A model generated the notes under the pieces. It did no database searches. It saw nothing but the letters and a program-made list of their open reading frames with translations, and had not been told where the DNA came from. This document shows, in pieces, positions 1 through 11,300 of a stretch of 64,000 nt of DNA. The translations under genes were made by a program, and so were the position numbers. How positions within the stretch are numbered: position 1 is the first letter of the stretch; each line of letters starts with the position of its first letter. The DNA comes from the human T2T-CHM13v2.0 reference genome, Homo sapiens, in the NCBI RefSeq assembly GCF_009914755.1, contig NC_060933.1; one strand, 5' to 3'.

Positions 1-274
<274 letters not shown>

Positions 275-1207
275 AGGATTGTTTTATTCTGTTCTGTGAA
301 GAATGTCATCAGAACTTTGATGAGGATTGTGTTAAATCTGTATATTTGCTTTGGGTAGTGTGAACATTTTAACAATATTAATTCTTCTGATCCATAAACA
401 TAGGATGTCTTTTCATTTGTTCATGTCTAAATTTCTTTCATCAATGTTTTATGGTTTTTAAGTGTACACATCTCTCACCTTCTTGGTTAAATTTATTCCT
501 AAGTTTTTGTTTTTCTTTGATGCTATCGTAAATGAGATTATTTTCTTGATTGCTTCATCAGCTAGGTTATTTGTATACAGAAATGCAACTGATTTTTATA
601 TGTTGAGTTTATACCTTGCAGCTTAACTGAATTGATTTAGTAGCTCTCACAGTTTTTTGTGGACTCTTTGGAGTTTTTTACGTAAAGGATCTTGTCATCT
701 GCAAATAGAGATAATTTTACTTCTTTAATTTAGTTGCCTTTTTTTTCTCATCTGATTGCTCTTGCAAGTACTCTGTTGAATAAAAGTGATGAGGCTGGCC
801 ATCCCTATCTTGTACTCAATCTTAGTGGAAAAGCTTTAGTTGTTCCCCACTAACTATGATTAGACTGTGGGTTTTTCATAAATGGTGTTTATTATGTTGA
901 GGAACTTTCCTTCTATACATAAACTATTAAGAGGTTTTATCAAGAAATGTTGCTAAACTTTGTTAAATGCTTTTACTGCATCAATTGAGGTGACCATGTC
1001 ATTTTATCTTTCATTTTGTTAATGTGATGTATCACACTGATTGATTTACATATTTTAAACCAGCCTTGCATGCCAGGGATAAATCCCACTTAAACACGAT
1101 GTATAATGTTTTTGATGTGTTGTTGAATTTTATTTGCTAAAATTTTTTTAGGATGTTTGCATCAGTATTTAATTTATTGGAGAAGTTGACCTGTAGTTTT
1201 TGTTCGG

Positions 1208-1255
<48 letters not shown>

Positions 1256-1347
1256 GGTTTGGCTTAGGTATTAAGGTGATACTGGCCTGGTAAAATGTGT
1301 TTGGAATTATTTCCTCTCACTCTGTTTTTGCGAAGAGTTTAAGAAGT
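275..1347 (-). mobile_element. Old L1M (L1MA/MB-like) ORF2 fragment, degenerate
   Basis: Antisense L1 ORF2 motifs such as 'agaaatgcaactgattttt', 'aaaccagccttgcatgccagggataaatcccactt' and 'ttaaggtgatactggcct'. These are diverged homologs of the L1PA sequence at 47800-48650. Confidence 0.85.
1208..1252. repeat. (GT)n microsatellite
   Basis: About 22 GT units with one GC interruption. Confidence 0.97.
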
Positions 1348-1349
1348 AA

Positions 1350-2842
1350 ACTCCCAGGGGATGGGAGTGACTCTGGACATGGGAGTGACATGATAGTGAC
1401 TCTGGACCCTGCAGTGGTGGGACACAGCAGCATCTCAGTCTCTGAAAGGCCAGGCACAGCATCAGCAAGGACCCCAGAATGGTGGAGCACTACTGTGGCT
1501 TGAGCCCTCGGGGACAGGGACCAGTACAGCAACTACTTCTCTCCCTGGGGAGGCAGGTGCCTGGGCAACTCAGATTCTCCAGGGCTAGTCCAGTTCCAAG
1601 GAAGCAGGGTTCTACAGTTGTTTGTCCTGAAGGGCAAGGTACCCCAGTTCAGCCAATGCCGTTTTCCTGGGATATGGGGGTGCCATGTTGGCTCATCCCT
1701 GGCAGGTGTGGCTGCTCAGCTCAGCCAAGACACTGATTCCCTGTGAAGCAGGGCAGTGCTTCAGCTCTCATGCAGTGGGGGGTGTGACTGCTTAGACTGG
1801 CCAAGACACTGATTCCCTGGAAAGCAGGGCACCAAGTCAGCTCAGGCTCCAAGGGGCAGGGCGCAATGGCAGCTGGGAGGGGAGGGGCACAGCAGCGTGG
1901 CCCCGCAGGTGGGGTGTGTGCTGTGATGTGGACATCATTTGTTCCCACCAGCCATTTGAAATTTCATCCATTTGAAATTTGATTTCAAATGTGGTGGTGT
2001 GGGAGGTGGGGCCTAGTGGGAGTTATTTGAGTCACAGGGCAGATCCTTTATGAATAGATTAATGCCTTTTCATGGGACTGGATTAGTTACCAGGAGTGGA
2101 TTGTTATCAGAGTGAGTTCAGCTTCCTAGACTCTTGTGTTTCCTCTCTTGCCATGTGAGCCCCTTGCATACACCTGTTTCGCCTTCCACTTTCCCCATGA
2201 GATGAAGCAGCACAAGACCCTCACCAGTTGTGCTGCCCGATCTCGGACTTTTCAGACACAAGCAGGGTGAGCCAAATAAACCTTTTTTATAAAATAAGTT
2301 ACCCCGAGACTCAAGTATTCTGTTACAGCCACACTAAATGGCCTAAGACAGTGTAACAGCGGCTCGGGGGTGGTGGGCCACTAGGTGGGTGTGATATAGA
2401 GCAACAAAGCCTGAGGATGGAAGAAGGGTGCGGTGGCTGCTCACCCTGGGTGGGACATGCTCCCGAAGTGGTCCAGGTCCAGGAGGGCACGTTGCAGCAG
2501 CAGCTGGTCCATGGGGGTGGGGCACAATGTCAGTTCCTTCTCTGAGGGGAGTGCTGGGGCTACTGGGCCCCTCTTGCTTCCTTATTCCTGCAGGGAGACA
2601 TCCCCTCTGCTTCAGGCTGATCCCTCTGGGGGAATGGGTGGTGGGGGCCAGATGTTTCCTTCCCTCCTTTATGTGACCGTCCTGTTTTCCGGGCTCTACT
2701 GGATTTCTGCTACTCCTTGATGCACTCTGGGGCTCTCCTTTAGTGACTTTCATCAAAATATAGCTGTTTGCTGCTTTGGCTGTCTTTGTCAGGGGATGAG
2801 TGCAAGGGGCTATTGATCAGCCCTTAGCTGGCATCACTCCCT
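1350..2842 (-). mobile_element. Probable old L1M 5' region with internal tandem subunits, split by an MST LTR
   Basis: GC-rich. The minus-strand start 'gggagtgatgccagc' resembles L1MA/PB 5' ends. A repeated 20-mer 'gccaagacactgattccctg' occurs at 1724 and 1800. Confidence 0.5.
1919..2350 (+). mobile_element. MaLR solo LTR (MSTB/MSTC-like)
   Basis: TG...CA termini ('tgctgtgatg'...'ctaagaca'), internal 'ggaggtggggcctagtgggag' and 'gagccaaataaacc', and a 5-bp TSD gtgtg (1914-1918)/gtgta (2351-2355). Confidence 0.85.
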
Positions 2843-2959
2843 CTTAAACTTTTCACTGGATACTCTTTTGAACTGTTTTTTTCCCCCACCATATACATGT
2901 ATTTTTTAAACGTTAATGTGCTAATTTCTACTGAAGCAATGTGGATTTTTCTGAAAGCT

Positions 2960-3580
2960 TTAATGTTTTAATAAGCTTTTTATTGAAATGTTAATGTACA
3001 TACAGAAGAGTGCCCGAATCATAAGTGTGCATCTAGATGAACTGTAGCACACCAGGCTGCCACGCCCTGGACCAAGCAGTAGCCTTGACCTGTGGCCTCT
3101 CCCAGGCACTGCTGCCCCAACCCACAAAATAGCTACTTTCCCAGTTCCTGATGTAGATTTGTTCTGCCTGGTTTTGACTTCTATAAAATACAGCACATTC
3201 TATTTAGCCTGGCTTCTTTGGTTCAGTATTACAGAACACATCCATGTTCTTGTCTATGGCAGACATTGATTTATCGTCATTGTTGAGTTCCATTATATGA
3301 CTGTGTCACCATTTTTCCATTGATGAGTAAAATGATTTCCTATTTTTGGCTGTTATCCCACAGCCCTGAACAGTAGGTCTGCATATGGGACTTGCAGGTA
3401 TGCAGGGGCACACCCACTTCTGCTGGAGGATCCCTGGGTGGGGTGGAGACTCCAGGGCACCTGTGCTCTGCTTCAGTGTGGAGGCTTCTGTGTTGTGTTC
3501 TGGGAGCACAGTGGCTTGGCCTCCGCCACCAGCAGCAGCTTGAAGAGTTCCTGCTGTTCCACATGCTTGCCAACAATTGG
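2960..3580 (-). mobile_element. Degenerate L1ME-like 3' end
   Basis: 'ttttattgaaatg...tacatacagaagagtgc...atcataagtgtgcatctagatgaa' and 'tttccattgatgagtaaaatgatttcctatttttggctgtt' are typical of antisense old L1 3' UTRs. Confidence 0.55.
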
Positions 3581-4095
3581 CCTCTTCAGTTTTTTTTTTT
3601 TTTTTTTAGGTTTTCAGTGCCTGCCTGGACTTGTGTTTTCATTTAGATTTTGGTTTCTTAGAACTTTCGTTATTCTCTTCACAGCTTAACAATGCATTTG
3701 AAAAGATTTGTTTTCATGTGGAGTATTCAGTTTTGTAATAGGAGGGTTGTTCAAGGCATCAGTCTGCCACTCTGCTAGAAACAGAATTCTCCCAGGCATT
3801 TCTTTTTATATAAAGTAGTTAATGAAATTTTGAACCATCTTACATGAATTTTTATTAAAATACACTTCAGGATGTGGTGCCCATTATCCATTCTACTCTT
3901 TTGTAACAAGTAGATTTCTCTGAATTCTTGAATTTGAAAACAATTGGGGTTCCTAAACAGAGAATATGGAATATTATTGGGGATGATGTCTTTAATAATA
4001 CATCTCAAGATAGGAGAAATTTTTCTATATAGTTGACTTTAATAAAAGCCTAGGGCAAAACTTTCAATATATTAACAGTATTTATGAGGCAGTTA

Positions 4096-4321
<226 letters not shown>

Positions 4322-4514
4322 TTAAACATAGAATTTAAGATTACATTGAAAATTCAGTACAGAGTATTTTGCCTTCATCTGTTGTTTGAGTCTCCCTTCT
4401 TTCAGCCATCCTTCCATCAGAAATAGAATACCAAGTTAAACTTCTTAATTAGAATCAGGAATCAGGACTCTTTGGCTGCTGATTGAAGGAAGAACTGTCC
4501 TTAAATCCAGAGTG

Positions 4515-4820
4515 GGCCGGGCATGGTGGCTCATGCCTGTAATCCTAGCACTTTGGGAGGCCAAGGCAGATGGACCACCTGAGGTCAGGAGTTCAAGAGC
4601 AGCATGACCAACATGGTGAAACCCCATCTCTACTGAAAATACAAAAATTAGCCGGGCGTGGTGGTGTGTGCCTATAGTCCCAGATACTTCGGAGGCTGAG
4701 ATAAGAGAATTGCTTGAACCTGGGAGGTGGAGGTTATGTGAGCCAAGATCACGCCACTGCACTCTAGCCTGGGCGACAGGGCGAGACTCCATCTCAAAAA
4801 AAAAAAAAAAAAAAAAAAAA
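4515..4820 (+). mobile_element. Full-length AluSx-like element
   Basis: 'ggccgggcatggtggctcatgcctgtaatcc...cacctgaggtcaggagttc', poly(A), and TSD aaatccagagtg on both sides. Confidence 0.95.
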
Positions 4821-5788
4821 TCCAGAGTGGTTGGTAGTCAAGACAAAAAGCTAGATTATTTTTGTTAGTCTGGGAACTAAAAAAAATAGTTGTAACTTTG
4901 AAGCCTTTTTATGGATCAACATGAAGATTGAGGGATCTCAAACAGAAAGGGCATCCTGGTGGCAAAGGTTAATCATTACCAGACTGCAAGAGTAGTTTCA
5001 ATGGCAAGAAAGCAGCAACAGAATCAATGAAAACAAAGCAATGATTAGAATGCCCTTTCCCCTTCTCCTCCTGACTTGTAGACACTGATTGTCTTCCTTG
5101 GACTTAGGGAACCCCTTAGGTTCTTGAAAAATTCAATGATCAGGCTATAGTAGATGGTCCCCAGTACACAGCACAAGATTTTTTGATAAACTGGACATTT
5201 TGAAACCCAAATAACTAATTAGAAAAATCAAACATGTGAAACTACTTTATCCCATGCATAGGGGTTATACTGGAAATAAAATGTACAACATTGGAATCCT
5301 GAAGGAGAAAAGTCCTAAAAGTTTCAATATCAAGAATCCTGCACCTGCTGCTACTTATCTAGCCTTTTGCTTGATTTCTGGCTGATGAACTTGCACAACT
5401 CTTGAAAACTTAAAAACTTGAAAATTTGTCACTTGAAAACTACTTGAACCAAACTATGAAATCTCACCTGATATATAAGATGCAATTGTTACAATTATTT
5501 TAAACTTCAATTTACTGTTTTGCTCTATCAAAAGAAAGTTTCAACTCTGTTAGTTGAGTACACACATCCTAAACAAGTTTCTGAGAATGCTTCTGTCTAG
5601 TTTTTATGGGAAGATATTTCCTTTTTCACCTTAGGCCTCAATGCGCTCCAAATGTGCACTTCCAGATACTACAAAAAGAGTGTTTCAAACCTGCTCTATG
5701 AAAGGGAATGTTCAACTCTGTGACTTGAATGCAAACATCACAGAGATGTTTCTGAGAATGCTTCTGTCTAGATTTTATATGAAGATAT

Positions 5789-5805
5789 TCCCGTTTCCAA
5801 CGAAA
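5789..5805 (-). promoter_or_regulatory. CENP-B box (canonical)
   Basis: Minus strand reads TTTCGTTGGAAACGGGA. Confidence 0.93.
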
Positions 5806-6130
5806 TCCTCAAAGCTATCCAAATATCCACTTGCAGATTCTACAAAAAGAGTGTTTCAAAACTGCTCTATCAAAAGAAAGGTTCAACTCTGTCAGTTGAG
5901 TACACACATCACAAACAAGTTTCTGAGAATGCTTCTGTCTAGTTTTTATGGGAAGATATTTCCTTTTTCACCATAGGCCACAAAGCGCTCCAAATGTCCA
6001 GTTGCAGATACTACAAAAAGAGTGTTTCAAACCTGCTCTATGAAAGCGAATGTTCAACTTTGTGACTTGAATGCAAACATCACAAAGACGTTTCTGATAA
6101 TGCTTCTGTCTAGATTTTATCTGAAGATAT

Positions 6131-6147
6131 TCCCGTTTCTAACGAAA
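6131..6147 (-). promoter_or_regulatory. CENP-B box (core intact)
   Basis: Minus strand reads TTTCGTTAGAAACGGGA, which matches nTTCGnnnnAnnCGGGn. Confidence 0.85.
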
Positions 6148-8009
6148 ACCTCAAAGCTATCCAAATATCCACTTGCAGATTCTACAAAAAGAGTGTTTCA
6201 AAACTGCTGTATCAAAGGAAAGTTTCAACTCTGTGAGTTCAGTACACACATCACAAGGAAGATTCTGAGAATTCTTCTGTCTAGTTTTTATGGGAAGATA
6301 TTTCCTTTTTCACAATAGTCCTCAACGCCCTCCGAGTTTCCATTTGCAGATTCGACAAAAAGAGTGTCTTAAAACTGCTCTGTGAAAAGGAATATTCAAC
6401 TCACTGAGTTGATTGCAAGCACCAAAAAGAAGTTTCTGAGAATGCTTCTGTCTAGTTTTTATGTGAAGATATTCCCGTTTCCAATGAAAGCTTCCAAGCT
6501 ATCCAAATATCCACTTGTAGATACTACAAAAAGACTGTTTCAAACTGGTGTATCAAAAGAAATGTTAAACTCTGTGAGTTGAGTACACACATCACAAAGA
6601 GGTTTCTGAGAATGCTTCTGTCTTGTTTTTATGTGAAGATGTTCCTGTTTCCAACAAAATCCTCAAAGCTATCCATATATCCACTTGCAGATTCTACAAA
6701 AAGTGTGTTTCAAAACTGCTCTATCAAAAGAAAAGTTCAACTCTGTGAGTTGAGTACACACATCACAAAGAAGTTTCTGATAATTCTTCTGTCTAGTTTT
6801 TATGGAAGATATTTCCTTTCTCACCATAGGCCTCAAAGCGCTCCAAGTTTCCACTTCCATATACTACAAAAATTGTGTTTCCAAACTGCTCTATGAAAAG
6901 GAATGTTCAACTCAGTGAGTTGAATGCAAGCATCACAAAGAAGTTTCTGAGAATGCTTCTCTCTAGTTTCTATGTGAAGTTATTCCCGTTTCCAATGAAA
7001 TACTCAAAGCTGTCCTAATATCCACTTGTAAAGTCTACAAAAACAGTTTTTCAAAACTGCCTTATCAAAGGAAAGGTTTAACTCTGTAAGTTGAGTAAAC
7101 ACGTCACAAAGTAGTTTCTGAGAATCCTTCTGTCCACTTTTTAGGTGAAGATATTTCGTTTTTCACCATAGGTCTCAAATCGCTCCAAATGTCCACTTGC
7201 AGATTTCACAAAAAGAGAGTTTCAAAACTGCTCTATGAAAGGGAATGTTCAACTCTGTGAGTGGAATGCAAAGATAACAAAGAAGTTTCTGAGAATGCTT
7301 CTGTCTAGTTTTTACATGAAGATATTCCCCCTTTACAACGAAAGCCTCAAAGCTATCTAAATATCCACTTGCAGATTCTAAAAAGGAGTGTTTCAAACGT
7401 GCTGTATCAAAAGAAAGGTTAAACTCTGTGAGTTGAGTACACACATGACAAAGAAGTTTCTGAGAATGCTTCTGTCTCGTTTTTATGTGAGGATATTTCG
7501 TTTTTTACCATAGGCCTCAAAGCGCTCCAAATGTCCACTACCAGATACAAAAAAAAGAGTGTTTCAGAACTTCTGTATGAAAAGGAATGTTCAACTCTGA
7601 GAGTTGAATGCAAACATCACAAAGTGGTTTCTGAGAATGCTTCTGTCTGGTTTTTATGTGAAGATAATCCCGTTTCGAATGAAATCCTCAAAGATATCCA
7701 AATATGCACTTGCAGATTTTACAAAAAGTGTGTTTCAAAACAGCTCTATCAAAAGAAAAGTTCAACTCTGTTAATTGAGTACACACATCACAAAGAAGTT
7801 TCTGAGAGTTCTTCTGTCTAGTTTTTATGGGAAGATATTTCGTTTTTCACCATAGGCCTCAAAGCGCTTCAAGTTTCCACTTACAGATTCTACAAAAAAA
7901 GTGTTTCAAAACTACTCTATGAAAAGGAATGTTCCACTCAGTGAGTTGATTGCAAGCACCACAAGGAAGTTTCTGAGAATGCTTCTGTGTAGTTTTTATG
8001 TGAAGGGAT

Positions 8010-8026
8010 ACCCGTTTCCAACGAAG
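8010..8026 (-). promoter_or_regulatory. CENP-B box (core intact)
   Basis: Minus strand reads CTTCGTTGGAAACGGGT. Confidence 0.88.
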
Positions 8027-8180
8027 GCCTCAAAGCTGTCCAAACATCCACTTGCAAATACTACAACAAAAGTGGTTCCAATCTGCTCTATCAAAAGAAA
8101 GATTCAACTCTGTGAGTTGAATGCACACATCACAAAGAAGTTTCTGAGAATGCTTCTGTATAGTTTTTAATTGAAGATAT

Positions 8181-8197
8181 TCCCGTTTCCAACGAAA
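8181..8197 (-). promoter_or_regulatory. CENP-B box (canonical)
   Basis: Minus strand reads TTTCGTTGGAAACGGGA. Confidence 0.93.
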
Positions 8198-8351
8198 TCC
8201 TCAAAGCTATCCAAATATCCACTTGCAGATTCTACAAAAAGAGTGTTTCAAACCTGCTCTATCAAAAGAAAAATTCAACTCTGTGAGTTGAATGCACACA
8301 TCACTAAGAGGTTTCAGAGAATGCTTCTGTCTAGTCTTTATGTGAAGGTAT

Positions 8352-8368
8352 TCCCGTTTCCAGCGAAG
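8352..8368 (-). promoter_or_regulatory. CENP-B box (core intact)
   Basis: Minus strand reads CTTCGCTGGAAACGGGA. Confidence 0.85.
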
Positions 8369-11300
8369 GCCTCAGAGCGGTCCAAATATCCCCTTACGAA
8401 GTCTACTAAAAGAGTGTTTCAAAACTGCTCTATGATAAGGTATGTTCAAATCTGTGGGTTGAATGCAAACATCACAAAGAAGTTTCTGAGAATGCTTCTG
8501 TCTAGTTTTTATTTGAAGTTATTTCCTTTTCCACCATTGGCCTCAAAGTGCTGCAAATGTCCACTTGCAGATTCTACAAAAAAGTATTTCAAACCTGCTC
8601 TATCAAAAGAAAGGTTCAACTCTCTGAGTTGAATGCACACATCACAAAGAAGTTTCTGAGAATTCTTCTTTCTGGTTTTTATCTAAAAATATTTCCATTT
8701 CCACCGTAGGCCTAAGAGCGATCCAAATGTCCACTTGCAGATTATACAAAAACAGTGTCTCAAAACTGCTCTATCGAAAAGAAGGTTCAACTCTGTGAAT
8801 TGAATGCACACATCACAAAGAAGTTTCTGAGAATGCTTCTGTCTAGTGTTTATGTGAAGGTATTCCTGTTTCCACCGAAGACCTCAAAGCACTCCAAATA
8901 TCCACTTGCAGATTCTACAAAAAGTGTGTTTCAAAACTGTTCTGTCAAGAGCAATGGTGAACTCCATGAGTTGAATGCACAAATCACAAAGAAGTTTCTG
9001 AGAATGCTTCTGTCTAGTTTTTGTGTGATGATATTTCCTTTTCCAACATAGGCCTCAGAGCAGTCCAAGTATCCACTTGCAGATTCTACAAAAAGAGTGC
9101 TGCAAAACTGCTCTGACTAAAGGAATGTTCAACTCTTTGAGTTGAATGCACACATCACAAAGTAGTTTCTGTGAATGCTTCTATCTAGTTTCTGTATGAA
9201 CATATTTCCTTTTCTACCATAGGTCTCAAAGCGCTCCAAATATCCACCTGCAGATTCTACAAAAAGAGTGTTTCAAAACTGCTCTACCAAAAGGAAGTTT
9301 CAACTCTCTGAGTTTAATGCAGACAGCACAAAGAAGTTTATCTGACTACTTCTGTGTTGTTTTTATTTAAAGATATTTCCTTTTCCAACACAGAGCGCAA
9401 AGGGCTCCAAATATCCACTTGCAGTTTCTTCAAAAGAGAGATTCTAAACTGCCCAATCAAAAGATAGGTTCATCTTTGTGAGTTGAATGCATACATCACA
9501 AAGAAGTTTCTCTGAATGGTTCTGTGTAGTTTTATTTAAAGATAATTCCTTTTCCACCATAGGGCACAAATGGCTCCAAATATCCACTTGTAGATTCTAC
9601 AAAACCAGAGATTCAAAACTGCTCATTGAGAAGATAAGTTCGACTCAGTGATTTGAATGTACACATCACGAAGAAGTTTCTTAGAATGTTTCTGTGCAGT
9701 TTTTATTGAAGATATTTCCTTTTCCACCATAGGGCGCATTGGGCTCCAAATATCCTCTTGCAGATGCTAGAAAAAGAGAAACTCTAAACTGCTCAATCAA
9801 CAGATAGGTTCAACTCTGTGAGTTGAATGCCCACATCACAAAGAAGTTTCTCAGAATGCTTCTGAGTAGTTTTTATGTGAAGATGTTTCCTTTTCCACAA
9901 TAAGCAGCAAAGTTCTCCAAATATCCACTTGAAGATTCTACAAAAACGGTGTTTCAAAACTGCTCAATGAAAAGAAAGTTTCAACCCTGTGAGATGAATG
10001 CACACATCACAAAGAAGTTTCTCAGAATCCTTCTGTGTTGTTTTTATGTGAAGATATTTCCTTACCACTGTGGGCCTCAGTGGGCTCCAAATATCCACTT
10101 CCATATTCTACAAAAAGAGTGTTTCAAAACTGCTCAATCATGAGATAAATTCATCCCTGTGAGATGAATTCACACGTCACGAAGTAGTTTCACAGAATGC
10201 TTCTGTGTAATTTTTATGTGAGGATATTTGCTTTTCCACAGTAGTCCTCAAAGGGCTCCAAATATCCACCTGCAGATTTTGCAAAAAGAGAGATTCAAAA
10301 CTGCTGAATCAAAAGATATTTTCAACTCTGTGAGTTGAATGCACACATCGCAAATAAGTTTGTCTGAATGCTTCTTTGTAGTTTTTATTTCAAGATATTT
10401 CCTTTTGCACCATAGGGCTCAAAGGGCTCCAAATATCCACTTGCAGATTCTACAAAAAAAGAGATTCAAAACTGCTCAATGAGAAGATAAGATCAACTCT
10501 GTGAGTTGAATGCACACCTCACAAAGAAGTTTCTCAGAATACTTCTCTGTAGTTTTTATGTGAAGATATTTCCTTTTCCACAATAGTCCTCAAAGCTCTC
10601 CAAACATCCACTAACAGATTCTGCAAAAAGAGAGATTCAAAACTGCTCAATCAAAAGATAGGTTCAACTCTGTGAGTTGAATGCACACATCACAAAGAAG
10701 TTTCTCAGAATGCTTCTGTTTAGTTTTTATGTGAACATATTTGATTTTCCACGGTAGGCCTCACAACGCTCCAAATATCCACTTGCAGATTGTGCAAAAA
10801 GAGAGATTCAAAACTGTTCAATCAAAAGATAGGTTCAACTCTGTGAGTTGAATGCATACATCATGAAGAAGTTTCTGAGAATGCTTCTGTATAGTTTTTA
10901 TTTGAAGTTATTTCCTTTTCCACAGTAGGCCTCGAAGGTCTCCAAATATCCACCTGCAGATTCTGCATAAAGAGAGTTTCAAAACTGCTCAAACAAAACA
11001 TAAGTTCACCTCTGTGAGTTGAATGCACGCATCACAAAGCAGTTTCTCTGAATGCTTCTATGTAGTTTTTATTTGAAGATATTTCCTTTTCCACCATAGG
11101 ACGCAAAGGGCTCCTAATATCCACTTGCAGATTCTACAAAAAGAGAGATTCAAAACTGCTCAATCAAAAGATAGGTTCAACTCTGTGAGTTGAATGCACA
11201 CATCACAAAGCAGTTTCTCTGAGTGATTCTGTGTAGTTTTTATGTGAACATATTTGATTTTCCACAGCAGGCCTCAAAATGCTCCAAATATCCACTTGCA

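Larger units (their letters stand above)
5521..9050 (-). repeat. SF5 (R1/R2)-like alphoid layer with irregular A/B monomer alternation
   Basis: B-type monomers ('ttcccgtttccaacgaa' and decayed versions) alternate irregularly with A-type monomers ('tttcctttttcaccatagg'). B-type monomers disappear after about 8880. Confidence 0.75.

Noticed and set aside
4830-5520. Possible gene 3' UTR or exon next to the satellite, with a short 'acttgaaaa' motif repeated at 5400-5450
   Set aside because: I found no recognisable coding homology or splice pattern, so it cannot be supported without a database search.
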